A stretch of 64,000 bases of DNA from Paraspadella gotoi (Eukaryota > Animalia > Chaetognatha): NCBI GenBank assembly GCA_051294375.1, contig CM119264.1, positions 26,693,298-26,757,297 of the forward strand, in the 5' to 3' direction. Positions within the stretch are counted from its first letter, which is position 1; each line of letters starts with the position of its first letter. Made by a program: the position numbers and the translations under genes. Shown here piece after piece: positions 51,151 through 64,000 of the stretch. The notes under the pieces are model-generated. The model was not told the origin of the DNA. It saw nothing but the letters and a program-made list of their open reading frames with translations, and searched no databases.

Positions 51151-53245
51151 AGAGAGAGAGTCTTTCCCAACAGACGGGGCTTGGATGCAAAACTCACGAC
51201 TCGCTTTGAGCAAAGTTAATAAAAATGATAAATTAAAAAAAAAAGAAAAAAAAGAAGAGATTTCACATCAGACGTATTTATTATTATTTTCTTCATTCAT
51301 TTCTCTTCTATTATTATTACGTTTTTTTCTTATCTTTATTATTCTTCTTTTTTTCTTGATTTCTTTTCTTATTCAGTCGCTTTCTTTTATTTCAAAGAAT
51401 CGAGGTCTTATCCGATAGTGTGAGTTGACATCGCTCGTGCTCAGATTAATGTCTCAGTTAGTAACACTGGTGAATACGCCTTAATTCGATGACACTATGA
51501 GTAGCACACAGAGGTTAAGTGTCACACGTTATACCTATATTTATTATTTATTTAATATTTAATGTAAACGTATTACGTATTGATTCAGCTGTCGATCCTC
51601 ACTGACTTTGAATTATTTCAACTCCAATGCAGACTCTCAGCGGAACGAATCATCACTGACCCCTCACTCATCGACGATTTTCATCGATCCTCAACGTACT
51701 AAACTCATTTCTCGAATTCTTACTTCGCACTCTCAAATGCCATCCTAGATCATGTCACGACGTGCCCATTGTGCCTCCAACCCCAAGCCGCCACGAGCCA
51801 GCACAACGCCACGCCCCACTGATGATCGGAGGTCGTATCAGTCGCGCCTCACCTCGGTGGTATCCTTTTTCTTGTAACGACGCTTAGGCACAGACTCTCA
51901 TTCTTTCTATTTTGGTTATCCAGTTCTTCTGGGTATTCGGATCGTTTTTATTTTTCGTATCGAAGAATCTAATTAAAAATCTCATTACGAGAAAAAGGAG
52001 GGCGGATTCGGAGGACATAGGTTTAAAAAAATTATTGCTCTTTTCAGCGTGAATATAATTTATGGAAAAATAGAGCGAAATGAGATAAACCGGCGTATAT
52101 ATGATTTCCACCGCGAGATCGGACCGGGGGGGCGGGTAGGGGAGAGGTTCTCGAAGGTCTACGGGTGAAGCTGTGGAACCTCGGTGTCTTAAGGAGGGGT
52201 GGTAGGTTAGATGGTAGAATATAGCTGGGTGTGGGGTCGTAGGTTACAGAGCGGCGTTTTGCACAGGAGCTGAGATCTTGTGGTCCTTGGTATTTTCTTC
52301 GCGGAGAGTATAAACGTTGTATTTCTAGTCTTGTCCTTAAAATTTTTAAAAACTAAATTCAAGGCATCAAATCGTTGTTGCGGTGAGTACCGTGACCTTT
52401 TTTTTGACAATCACGTGATTCGGTTCTAACAAAAGCTGCGAGAATATCAACATTTATGTATATACGTACTGGCCGAATGCAACCGGTGTACTTCTTATAC
52501 GAGATTTATTGAATGAATGAGCTCTGTAAACAGTGTCTCATTCTCTTAATTTGTGATCATCATCTCTCTTCTTCTGCTCTTCTCTTCTCTCTCTCTCTTA
52601 TTCTCTCTCTCTCTGCTCTCTCTCGTCTGCACTCTCTCTTTATGCTCTCCGTCTCTCTCTCTCTCCTCTCTCTCTGCTGCTCTCAGTAAAACGCTCTTTA
52701 TACACGGACCCCATCTTCGATTCGTTTCCCTGTTCGCGAAACCTTTCTTTCACGAACTCTTCATCTCCCTACTGTGTTCGACCATGTTTCCTCAGCGTGA
52801 GGAACTCCGTCCGGACGCCCGCGATTAATCTTCCCCCACCTCTTTTTTACCCTCTCCCATCGATGGCTCTTTATCCCTCTCTCTTCCCCTCCTCTCATCT
52901 CCCCTCTCCCCTACTGTCTCACCACTAATTTCTCGACGTTATACGTCGGCGCACCGTAATTTTGTTGATTATTTAACAAAATATTAATTTTACAGTAAGG
53001 GCTGAAAAAGATGGGGGGACTGAGGAGGGGGAGAAGAGCAATTTAGGAAGTCGAGATCCGGATATTATATGTTGCAAGAGAGAGAGAGAGGACGAGACGC
53101 CCGAGAGAGAGATGAGAACGAGAGAGATGAGAGAGAGAGGAGAGAGAGAGGAGGAGAAAGCGTATTTCGAACTGGAAAAAAAATATCAAGGATTTCCGAA
53201 GCCGAAAAACAAAAAAAAAAAGAAAGGCGAGATGAAAAACAGTAA

Positions 53246-54332
53246 AAAAAGAAAATACAAATTATAAAAACGAAAGAATAGTCGTGAATTATCGAAAGCG
53301 CGTAAAATAGAAATAAAAGACTCTGTGAGACGACGACCGACACCACGACGAGCAACGTACAACAACGACAAACGTCCGTGAACCCTCGTTGTACGAAGCC
53401 TGTCAAGTCAAGTCAAGTCAAGGTCAACGCCGTGAACCGCCTTTTCCTCTTTCGATCGACCAACAGCGTATTTCCCCTGCAGACCGAATATTCATAGAAC
53501 AAGAGTCTCCGATTACAAAACCAACATTTGCATCTGCTCCTTCATTTTTTTTCTCTTTGAAACTCTTGGATTTGCCGACGAAGAGGGGGAGTGGGCAATG
53601 GGGAATTGTGGGGGGAGTGGAAATGGGGAAGTGGTGGGGGCACTGTGGCATTGGGAGGTGGTGGGGGCAGTGGCATTGGGGAGTGGTGGGGAGTGGCAAT
53701 GGGGAAGCTATGGTGGGGCAGTTGGGCAATGGTGTCGAGGCGGTGGAGGAATGTATCTTGGACAGGATGCTGTAGGCTGTAGAATCTCTGAGTCCTTCAG
53801 CGAAAATTTAATCAGGTCACGCTCAGTCCGGCGTCCTGACTTCATTTTACATTTCGTCCGAAAAAATGTCGGAAAAGAAAAGGCTGAGATTTCCAAATGC
53901 GGTGCGCGCGGTGTTTCTAACGGAGTGGGAGGCTTATTAACCTGATTTTTTTCAGCCTCTTAAGAGTTCCTTTATAGCTTCTTTTTTAATTTTAAGTATA
54001 GTTAAATCCTTTATTTCTGTATTCCAAAAAAACTTTTTTTTCTTAATTTACTTCTCTATTTTTTTTTCCTCTCTTTTTTTCTCTATTCTTCAATTTATCT
54101 TCCTTTCTCTCTTTTCTTCCTTCTTTGTTTCTTCTCTTTTTCTGCCATTTCTCTCAAAGCTAGAGAATCACGATTCCATTTCGAGCCGGCTGCCTCTCGC
54201 TCCGCGCATTCAACTTCGACCGTAGGGCGCCCTCCTCCGGTCTTTGAGATGTTTTTTAAATGAGAGGCGGCGCGTTCCCTATCGTGCCGAGGTTCGAAGG
54301 AAGGAGCCCTTGCACTCAAACCAAGCGGACAG
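53246..54332 (-). repeat. Left arm of a long inverted repeat (reverse complement of 62941-64000)
   Basis: For example GTCAAGTCAAGTCAAG..CGCCGTGAACCGCCTTTTCCTCTTTCGATCGACC mirrors ~63790-63860; the match continues to CACTCAAAC..AAGC..GGACA. Confidence 0.9.
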
Positions 54333-54349
54333 AGGAGGAGTGGCCTTCT

Positions 54350-54517
54350 CGTCCCCAAGAGCCATGCCACAAAAATCATGTAATGTTTGTTGCTTGCATA
54401 CGAACGACTGAGGACAACTGGTTTGTCGGGGAGATAAAGACCTCATCACGAACATACAATGACTCTCGTCTCTCTCTCTCTCTCCTTCTCTCCTCTCTCT
54501 CTCATCTCTCCTCTTCT

Positions 54518-54553
<36 letters not shown>

Positions 54554-54972
54554 TCCAGTTTTTTCATTTTTTTAAAAACGAACAATCGTCTCCTGCTGGT
54601 CACATCATCTCAAGTGTCCAATATCTATCTCCCCCCTCCCCCCCCGTACACCTCTCGAATCGAACCCCCCCCGTTTTCCGATCGCCTTACCCACACCGCG
54701 CCTCACCCTCACTCCTCTTTTTCTTTAATAACCCCGCTTTCTCGAAAGACCCTCGGGGGAAGAAGAGAGAAAGGAGACAACGAAAATCGATGGAGGGATC
54801 GGGCGCGGCGGCACGGCGGGCGGCGGCGGCGGCCGGCGGCGCGGGCGGGCGGCCGCGGCGGAGCGGAAGCGGCAGCGTTTTAAAAAAAAAACACGGGGCA
54901 CCGGCGAGACTGGAAAAAGAGAGAATGGCGAAAGAAAAGTGAAGAAGAAAGAAGAAAAAAAAAAACGAGCAA
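54350..54972 (+). repeat. Direct duplicate of ~55623-56266 across a 25-N gap (probable artefact)
   Basis: Shared TTTGTCGGGGAGATAAAGA..CCTCATCACGAACATACAATGA through GAGCAAA; differences are indel-rich. Confidence 0.85.
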
Positions 54973-55802
54973 ACTGGACGAACAAAATACAAGTGGATCG
55001 GTAAACGAGAAAGAACTCCTGCGCCACCCGGCAATGTAATAAACGGATCTACGGAGACCGCACTCGAGGACAGCGCGAGATATGTACCGACGAGCCTATC
55101 TGCCCCCCCCCTCAGGAATCGATGCTACCTGACGAGGAATGATCTTCTGTTCTCTGAAACGATTTTCTTCTCTTTTCTAATTTGGAAAACGAAAAAAAAA
55201 ATTAGCTGTATTAGTCCTTTCATTAAATTTGTCCCCTCTTCGTTCTGGGGTTCTCTCTCTCTTCTCTTCTCCTCCTCTCATCTCTCTCCTCCTCTCTCTC
55301 GTCTGCTCTCTCGTGCTCTTCGTCTCTCTCTCTCTTCTCTCATCTCTCTAATCTCCTCGCTCTCTCTCTTCGACGTGACATAGGCTACAGCTGTTGGAAC
55401 GATGGTGATTTTCTTTTAAATGTTGCTTTTAATTCAATAATGATTTTTTTTGGGGGTGTTACATTTTTGTGTTAAATTCTTATGGTCTTTCTTTCTTCCC
55501 CCGTAATTTACCTTTTCCTTTCTTTCCTTTCTTTCTTTCTTTTTTCCTTTCTTTTTATCTTTCTTTCTTTCTCTTCTTTCTTTCTTTCNNNNNNNNNNNN
55601 NNNNNNNNNNNNNGTACGCGACGACCAAGAGACCCATTGTCACTAAACAAAAAACCATGTTGCAAAATCGATTTTGTTCTGCATAACGACGACTGAGACA
55701 ACTGTTTGTCGGGGAGATAAAGATCCTCATCACGAACATACAATGATCTCTGTCTCTCTCTCTCTCTCTCTTCTCCTTCCTCTCTCTATCTCTTCTCTCT
55801 CT

Positions 55803-55839
<37 letters not shown>

Positions 55840-58056
55840 GTTTTTTTCATTTTTGTTTAAAAACGACAATCTTCTCTCTGGGTCACATCATCTCAAGTGG
55901 TCCAATATCTATCTCCCCCCTCCCCCCCAAACCTCTCGAATCGAACCCCCCGTTTTCCGATCGCCTTACCCAACCACGCCTCACCTCACCCCCTTTTTCT
56001 ATTAAAACCGCCGCTTTCTCGAAAAAAGACCTCGGGGGAAGAAGAAGAGAAAGGAAGACAACGAAAATCGATGGAGGGATCGGGGCGGCGGCATGGCGGG
56101 CGGCGGCGGCGGCCGGCGGGGCGGAAGCGGCCAATGCGGGAGGAGGAGCGCGTTTTAAAAAAAAAACACGGGGGCACCGCGAGACTCGGAAAAAGAGAAG
56201 GAATTGGCGAAAGAAAAGTGAGAAGAAGAGAGAAAAAAAAGAAAAAAAAAAAAAAAAGGAGCAAAGCGAGCCGCAGGAGCGGCGACAAAATATAAAAAAG
56301 GATATCACAAGAAGCCATCCGGAGGAGGAATAGCGCGGATAAATTACATCAAGGACCAATATCGATAAAAACCTGAAATAAAAAAATAAAAAATTAAAAA
56401 TTATAATTATAAATAAATGATTAAAAAAGCCTCGCGCGTTGAATACGAGGATTCTAGGAATTCCCGGACCCAGAAAGGTTAACCGTACAGATGTATTAGA
56501 TATGGCAGCAGAAACAAACGCACGATGAATTTTATTCGACCCTCTCGACTCCTACCTCTCCCACATTTCTCGCTAACTACCCCACCTCAACCACAATCTC
56601 TCTCTCTATCTATCTCTCTGATGTGGTCTCAGTAAGATGTGTGTTTGGATTGTGTATATTTTGCTTAAGAATGTGTGCGTCGTAAATGATTATAGTATAA
56701 TGTCATCTCTCTCTCTCTCCTCTCATCTCTCTACTCTCTCTCTCTCTTCTCTTCTCTCTCTGTGTAAGCTGAGTCGAACAACCGCATAGGCTTCCACCTG
56801 GTCCTCATATCTTGAGAAATTAGAGTGTTTTTGCGATAGTTTTTGCTACATCTCGGCGCGACGCGAATGTACCGATCTATTTCTTCATGTGAACTAGTTT
56901 TTACCCCGAATAAAAAACAGGAAGGAACTAATACAATAGTTCCTCCTCGATTTCATTTGGTTTTTTTCTATGACAAAATTGAAGTGACATTTTAAATATA
57001 AATTGAAAGACGCGATTTCGTACCATCGACAAATTATGTTTGGTTTCATCTTAGTGACTTTTTGTTTTTTATTTCTTTTCTTTTTTTTTTTTATTTTTCT
57101 CGAGATTTAGTTGTATATTTTTTGGCTTTAATTTATTTTCATTTCCTGGTGAGTGCGGAAACTTCGGTCGCCCGCATGTTTAGAAACAAATACGAATCAC
57201 GAAGATAAGTGGGGAAAGTAATCTTTGTGAAACGTTTGGGATTCGTTGTTATTTTTGAGCGATGAAGATTGTGACTATTCGAGTTTGGATACTATTTTAA
57301 TATATTTAATTGGAGAAAATCTATTTTTACGATAAGTCACAAATTTTTCTCGCTAATTGATACATGTTAATAAGTGTTTAGAAATCAAAAAGTGATAATC
57401 ATTTTAAAAAAATACAATTGAGAAATATAACATAAACAGGCGATGGACCAAAAAGCTCCACATTACTCGTCTCGTGGATTTCGTGGTGATTTGTCGACAC
57501 GAAAAATCCCGAGAAATGATCTTGAAGCGTGCTGGAAAAAAAAAATAATCGTGTTTTTTGTGTCGACATATTTAAAAACAAAAAAACAAGCAAACAATAA
57601 AAACCGTTTAAAGAGGAGTTGATCGATGGAATTGAGGGCGAATCCGGCTGTCCCCAGGCTGATGCTGAGCGGCGACCGGCCAAAGTCCGGAGGCGCCGAG
57701 ACTTTGGCGAGGCGTGATGACGCTTCAAGAGATTGTTAGATCATTATTCATTACTAAGACGGATCGAAACATCGTCACAGTTACGTACAATTGATCACAA
57801 TATTATAAACAACGAATCATCAAGTTTGGGACAGTCGATACTATCAATGCGTCGAAACAAACGAAGTGAAGAGGTTATTTATTTGTATTTTCGAATTTAT
57901 TCCACTGCAGTGATGATGAGTAGGCGAATACCACGTGATCATAATTTTGACTGCTCAGTCATTGTCCCACTCGGCTTGAAAAAGCGGGTATTGATTATTA
58001 AGCGAAAATATAGCAATAGTATTATACTTTATGAAAAGAATTAAACAAATGTACAG

Positions 58057-59325
58057 GTTTTTTCCGACGCCGCAGAGCGCCTAATCGTCGGCGGACGAAG
58101 TAGTTTCTTAACACAAACGTCGGAACAGAGGACAAACGACGGAATAAGTAATGACATGTAGAACAGTGGCCTGATTACAAAGCTTCGTAATGTGAATGAA
58201 TGAAAAAGTCATATTATTTATATTGTGCGACGCTACAACCTGCATATTATAATATTTGTAATGGGACTGCGGATATAACTCGTGCCGACCAATACCTTAT
58301 CAAGAGAGAAAAAAATGGCGCAAATTTTTGAGAAGTATCCTATTTATTCTGGTAAACAAAGAGAGTTAAATAAAATAATTACAATGCTGATCCTTTGTTT
58401 CTCATCATGTCGATATAATGTTCATGTATGTTTGATAAAGTCAACACTTGCAATATAATGTATAGGATCAGTCTATTCGCCTTAAAATGAAAACTATAAA
58501 AATTTGAGCCAGTCTTTTTCGAATCAATACAATGACAGTATTTTAAATTTGAAAGCCATCTCACCGAGTAAGAAAAATTCGTTAAATCGGTTTGAAAATG
58601 TCCTGTTTCGTTATGTCGTTTTATCAAAAGAATCCCAGGAGTTAGGCGACGTACTGCTTTCCCTGTAAATATTGTAATATTGATATATATGTAGAAGAAA
58701 TAACAAACGATAAAATTTCACGTACGGAAGTCCGTTCGTTCATCGCGGAATCGTTTGTCTGAGGTTCTTGAGCTCCCTCTTCGCTGCAGATGAATCCTCA
58801 CGGGAAGTGAATCAAAATGGCAGCGCTGTCGAGAACGTCCGTGACTAGCCATCAACTGGAGAGCGATCTTTCGTGGGGACGTTTCGGTGGACAAGAGTGC
58901 TTATTTTACAGTGTCTATTGTATGAATTTATGAATTGGTACTCGAATTGTACGAAGTTTTACCGAATTTATATTTCTCACAACATTACAGTATGTAAACG
59001 ACTGTGCATTGCCAAATGTGTCTTACTATCTTCATCTTTGGAACCCAAAAGTGCAAGAATTAAAAGTTGAAATCTATCAGACACGACGCTGTAGACCAAG
59101 GGACGACTGTCCAAGTAAGTCCGTATCCTCTTCTTCTAAAAATTTCTATTCATTGCAAATAATAATAAAGATTGAAATAGCACTTTACCCCTTTCATACC
59201 GTGCTCTAACGATTCTTTTCTGCATCAGTCACCGACAGACGTGAAACTCACCAAACCATCGGTTCGTCGTCGTCGCCGTGAGTGACAATTGGTTGTATCT
59301 GTTTGGCGGCAGAATGAGCACGAAG
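58057..59325 (+). CDS. Probable Kelch-repeat (beta-propeller) protein gene, partial and frameshifted
   Basis: Three Gly-Gly motifs in successive exon candidates: RLIVGGR (~58080), FGGQE (~58885) and VVAVSDNWLYLFGGR (exon 59229-59325). Clean exon 58991-59114 (YVNDCALPNVSYYLHLWNPKVQELKVEIYQTRRC..) with TACAG and GTAAGT; the next intron has a CTAAC branch point. Confidence 0.55.
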
Positions 59326-61604
59326 GTTGTTTTTTTAAAACTTCAACTTTCTCGTCGAGTCGAGAAGAAACAGGAAAAAAAAAAAATTATCGAATCGTCG
59401 GCCATTTGCACCGGTTCAACTCTACGCTGAACTAAACTCAACGAGAGAAAAAAAAATTATCTTCTCGATAATTTAAACTCTTAACGAAGGAAGTTTTTTT
59501 ATTTTATTTGATTTCAAGAAGTTTTTAACTTTAAAACTTATTTTATAATTTTTTTTTTTTTAGTCGTCCATAAACAGCCGTTATTTTCCAAATTGGGACC
59601 TCTCCTATATTTTTTTAAGAATTTGGAGTTGAAAAAGATTCTATGCAACGAGGTGGTAGCTCTGAACTGAAGGTCTTAGGCAGGTAGCGTCTGTTTTTTT
59701 CTTCAAATCCGAGACCTCCTGTAAGCTTTCATCCCTTGGAGCTTGCCAACACAATGGATTTATGACGCTTCTCCCTCCACTGGTGACCTCTTTCTATTAG
59801 TTGAACTTGCATTTAATGGAAATTGCAGTATTCGCTGGTATATACTCTTTTATCGTTTTTGGCTCGCGTCTGTGTAACCTCTATAACTGTTATCTATGAC
59901 AAAGAAAATAAGTAAATTCCGTAGTGCTACCTATAAATTCCAATTGGTAAGCCCGGACAGAGAAGGAGAGAGAGAATTGAATTGAACTTGTATTAAGGAA
60001 CCCGGGCTTTGGCCCTACATTGGCAGAGAGATAGAGAGAAGAGAGGAGAGGAGCTGATGAGACTGAGGGAGAGAGAGAAGAGGTACTCTCTCTCTGAGCT
60101 GAGAGAGGAGAGAGAGAAAGAGAGAAGAGAAAGAAGGAGAGTCATATAAATCACTAGCTTCGTTTCTAATTTATAATGTTTATCGCAGGTGCATTCTTCT
60201 TACTTAAGTATGATTTCGTAATCATGTTCATAAGTTTTTGTATTAAGTTATATATTCATAAGCTATAAATAAATAAAATAAATAAAATAAAGGAAAAAAT
60301 CCTCGATCAAAAAAAAAAATCATTGAGAAATTCTTTGTTGCGTTTGTCGAGTCGTGTTTCCGCCCAAAAATCAACAAATTTTGGAAATTAATCCCGATGT
60401 TGCATTGATCGTCCATGATGATGGATGATGATGGATGATGATGATGCATGATGATGATGATGTGATGATGATGACGATACTCGCGACAATGACGACTCTT
60501 GACGTCTCGACCACGCAGCTGTCGTTTCTTGATGTTGAGTTGCAGCTCCAGGATATTTGGGTCGTATGGTCCAGGTGTATGAGTGAGAGAGAGTGGAGTT
60601 GAGCACGGAGGAGCAACAAAATGATGGAGAAAGAAAACGGGATCGAGAAGGTGGATACTAAAGAGAGAGTGGGATGGAGGAAGAGATTTGAACGTATTAG
60701 GCAATGGCCAGATGCCATTTAATTTGCTAAAAAAAATAACCGTTCGTTTTAAAAATTTCCAATTGCCTACATGACTCATAACAGCGTCTTAACGTTGTTA
60801 ATATTGTTTTTTTTTTTTTTTTTTCGGTTTTGTTTAGTTTTTTCTATCAACAATGATATAAAGGATAATTATTGAAAATTGATTGTGATAAAATGAAGAT
60901 TTAGAAAGAAAAAAAAAATTCGTTTATGATAGTCTTTTGTTCGTCTGCGGCAAATTTTTACTAAAGAGAATGCTAGTTATTGATATAAAAAAATTCCAAC
61001 AACAAAATTTCAATAGAATATATATTTTTCTTTATTTGACATTGTCTTTAGAGCCTATGATAGTTGTTTTATATTTATTTTTAGATTGCAATCTACTAAC
61101 ACTCTGCTTATGATTAATGCGTTATCGTGATATTTTTCTTTTAAAATGTATGTGAAAATTGATCGCTTGAGTGATTGAAGCAGGTATGGGATCGGAGTAA
61201 CTATTAAGTAACTGCGTTAATAATATGAAAGACTAGTTACTTCTGATCTGTTTAAAGTCACAACAAGCCACCCAAAGCATGCGGAAACACGAGCCTGGTC
61301 TAAGAGACCCTCTTTCATCACCCTCGCAACCGAACCGCCATCTAAATCTCAGTCTTTCGATAGACATAAAAAAAAAATGATCTATTTTTTTAGCGCTCTT
61401 GCGCAGCTTTCTTTTTTCTTTCCTTTATCTCAGGTAGTGATCGTCATATGATTTGGCCTTTCGACTAATTGTCCATATGATGAGCGAATATCGGTTCCAT
61501 GCAACGCGTCGCTCGACCAATTCTCAGCGCGTCGTTGACATTCAATCGGTTAATCCCGTCCACATTTCGGCGCTGTTATTGTGTCGATATTCATAATTTT
61601 GACT

Positions 61605-61770
61605 ATGAAAGGTAACGGGCGTCTTTCCCAAACTCCGCTTCAGTCTCTAGTAATGACATCATTTCTCTCGAGATGGAATCATTTAGCCAATTCTCCGATA
61701 TCTTCGCAGAAATCGGGGGAAAGAAGGATAGAGAATTTTTGCGGTTAAACTCGTCGGGGGACTCTTTTTT
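61605..61770 (-). CDS. Coding-like segment (SPDEFNRKNSLSFFPPISAKISENWLNDSISREMMSLLETEAEFGKDARYLS)
   Basis: Manual translation gives a complex open frame; no homology recognised. Confidence 0.25.
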
Positions 61771-62940
61771 TCTCTTTCTATTCTTTCTTTTTTCCTTCTT
61801 TATTTATTATTTTCTTTTTTCTTTCTCTCTTAAAATCTATTCAAATTTCGTTCGTAAATGACGATGACATTGTCAATCGAAGATTTAAGCAGAGGTAAAG
61901 TAATGATATTAATAATATAAACTAATATATATATCAGACATTATAGATGTAAAGATAATAAAATCATACTTATTATTTCAAAGAGCATGTTAGTTTGTTA
62001 TTAACGAATGTAAAGGTTCTCCGATCAATACTGATATGTATTAGATAATATCATCAATGATTTAAGCCATATTAAATATACAAAAATTGTCTCGAATAAT
62101 AATAATAAATCAGATTAATACTTTATTCTCCTTGTATCGTGCACCCGCCGGGTTCCGAAAAGCTCATAACATTAATCAAGATCTACTTAGATTGATCCTC
62201 TCAAACGAGCGAGTTCTTTATTCACTAAATCACCGATTAGTAATCACAGAAAAAAGTATATAATTTATCGACAAAAAAAAAAACCAAAGAATTTCGTTAT
62301 CCCCGCTGTTCGCATCCCGGGGGGACGGGATTTGTATCGACTCGCCTTTTCAATCTAATCTAAATCTAAGGGTTCGTGAAACGGAAAACTCTTTCTTAAC
62401 GGAAGCGCCTTCCTTTCTTTTCCTTTATTTTTCCTTTTTTTCTCTTCTTTATTTTATTCTTTCATTGTTTCTCAGTCTTCGGATTTAAGAAGTTTCGATA
62501 GAGACTAGCTGCCGCGATTTCCGACGTTTTCGGTGGAGGTTCTGTTGGTTGGGACTTCTTTTTTTAATTCAATTTTTCAATTGAGAAAAATTGGAGTTTT
62601 GAAGATAAATTTATTTGGAGTGATGTGGAATGGATAATTTGTTGGGCTCATTCCTCTCTCTATATACGTGTATTTTGATGATGTTTTCTGTTTTTTTGAC
62701 ACCTGTGATGTACCCAAGACCCTTGATAAGATGTGAGATTGATTGATGTAGGAAAGAAGAAGAGGGAGAAGAAAGAGAAAGAAGAAGAAGAAGAAAGAAT
62801 GAGAAGAAGCTGTAAGAAGGAGAAGAAGAAGTAAGGAAGAGGGAAGAAAGAAGAAGATGATGGATTTTGATAATAACATTAATTAATAATGGAGATGGTT
62901 TGTTTAACATTCCGACTCGTTTATGGGTCATTTGAGAAAG

Positions 62941-64000
62941 TGTCCCTGCTTGTTTGAGTGAAGGGTCTCTTCGAACTCGGACGAAGGGACGCCGCCTCTC
63001 ATTAAAACATCTCCAAAGGCGGAGGAGGGCGCTACGGCGAAGTTGAATGGGGAGCGAGGAGCCGGCTCGAAATGGATCGTGATTCTGCTTTGAAGAGAGG
63101 CAGAAAAGAGAAGAAGAACAAAGAGAGGAAGAAAGGAGAGAAGGGAAGATAAATGAATGAAATAGAAGAAAAAAGAGAGGAAAAAAATAGAGAAAGTAAA
63201 TAAGAAAAAAAGTTTTTTTGGAAATAAAGAAATAAAGATTTAATATACTTAAAAATAAAAAAAGAAAGTAAAAGGAATTTAAGAGGCTTGAAAAAAATTA
63301 ATAAGCCTCCACTCGTTTAGAAACCGCGCGACGCATTTGAAATCTCAGCCTTTTTTTCCGACATTTTTGGACGAAATGTAAAATGAAGTCAGGACGCCGA
63401 CTGAGGTGACTGATTAAATTTTGTGAAGACTCATGAGATTCTACAGTACAGCATCCTTCCAGAACATCGTCCACCCTCGACACCATTGCCACTGCCCCAC
63501 CACTCCCCATTGCCACTCCGNNNNNNNNNNNNNNNNNNNNNNNNNNNNNNNNNNNNNNNNNNNNNNNNNNNNNNNNNNNNNNNNNNNNNNNNNNNNNNNN
63601 NNNNNNNNNNNNNNNNNNNNNNNNNNNNNNNNNNNNNNNNNNNNNNNNNNNNNNNNNNNNNNNNNNNNNNNNNNNNNNNNNNNNNNNNNNNNNNNNNNNN
63701 NNNNNNNNNNNNNNNGAAGGAGCAGATGTCAAATGTTGGTTTTGTAATCGAGACTCTTGTTTATGATATTCGGTCTGAGGGGAAATAGCTGTTGGTCGAT
63801 CGAAAAGAGGAAAAGGCGGTTCACGGCGTTGACTTGACTTGACTTGACTTGACAGGCATTCGTACAACGAGGTTCACGGCGTTGTCGTTGTTGTCGTTGC
63901 TGTCGTTGTTGTCGTCGTCGTCTCACAGAGTCTTTATTTCTATTTTACGCGCTTTCGATAATTCACGACTTTTTTCGTTTTTAAATTTTATTTTCTTTTT
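62941..64000 (+). repeat. Right arm of the long inverted repeat (runs off the window)
   Basis: Reverse complement of 53246-54332, including the G-rich GTGGCAATGG tract, which is partly gapped here. Confidence 0.9.

Noticed and set aside
54350-56266. Genuine tandem duplication
   Set aside because: It straddles a 25-N gap with long-read-type indel differences, so an artefact is more likely.

Overview
This is eukaryotic (probably invertebrate) nuclear DNA from a gappy, error-prone draft assembly. It is AT-rich but shows no visible CpG depletion, and is saturated with simple repeats: (AG)n, (ATC)n, (GTC)n, (TTTTC)n and (CGGT)n. Almost all ORFs in the supplied track are microsatellite or N-gap artefacts. 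Real coding signal is fragmentary and spliced. It comprises a minus-strand first exon (MAEKGKK...) near 8.6 kb, a minus-strand multi-exon gene or genes at 15.3-18.2 kb with very short GT-AG introns (32-67 nt), and a plus-strand Kelch-repeat-like gene at about 58-59.3 kb. Two tandem duplications flank gaps of exactly 25 N and are most likely gap-filling artefacts. An inverted repeat of about 1.06 kb or more brackets the Kelch region. The most intriguing non-coding items are three: a 238-bp highly self-complementary element bounded by 14-bp direct repeats (11.8-12.1 kb), a 28-bp-phased CGGATGTAACC array, and two GC-balanced islands sharing a ~45-nt head. I found no rRNA, tRNA, CRISPR array or transposase/RT ORF that I can support, and I cannot claim a new system from the sequence alone.
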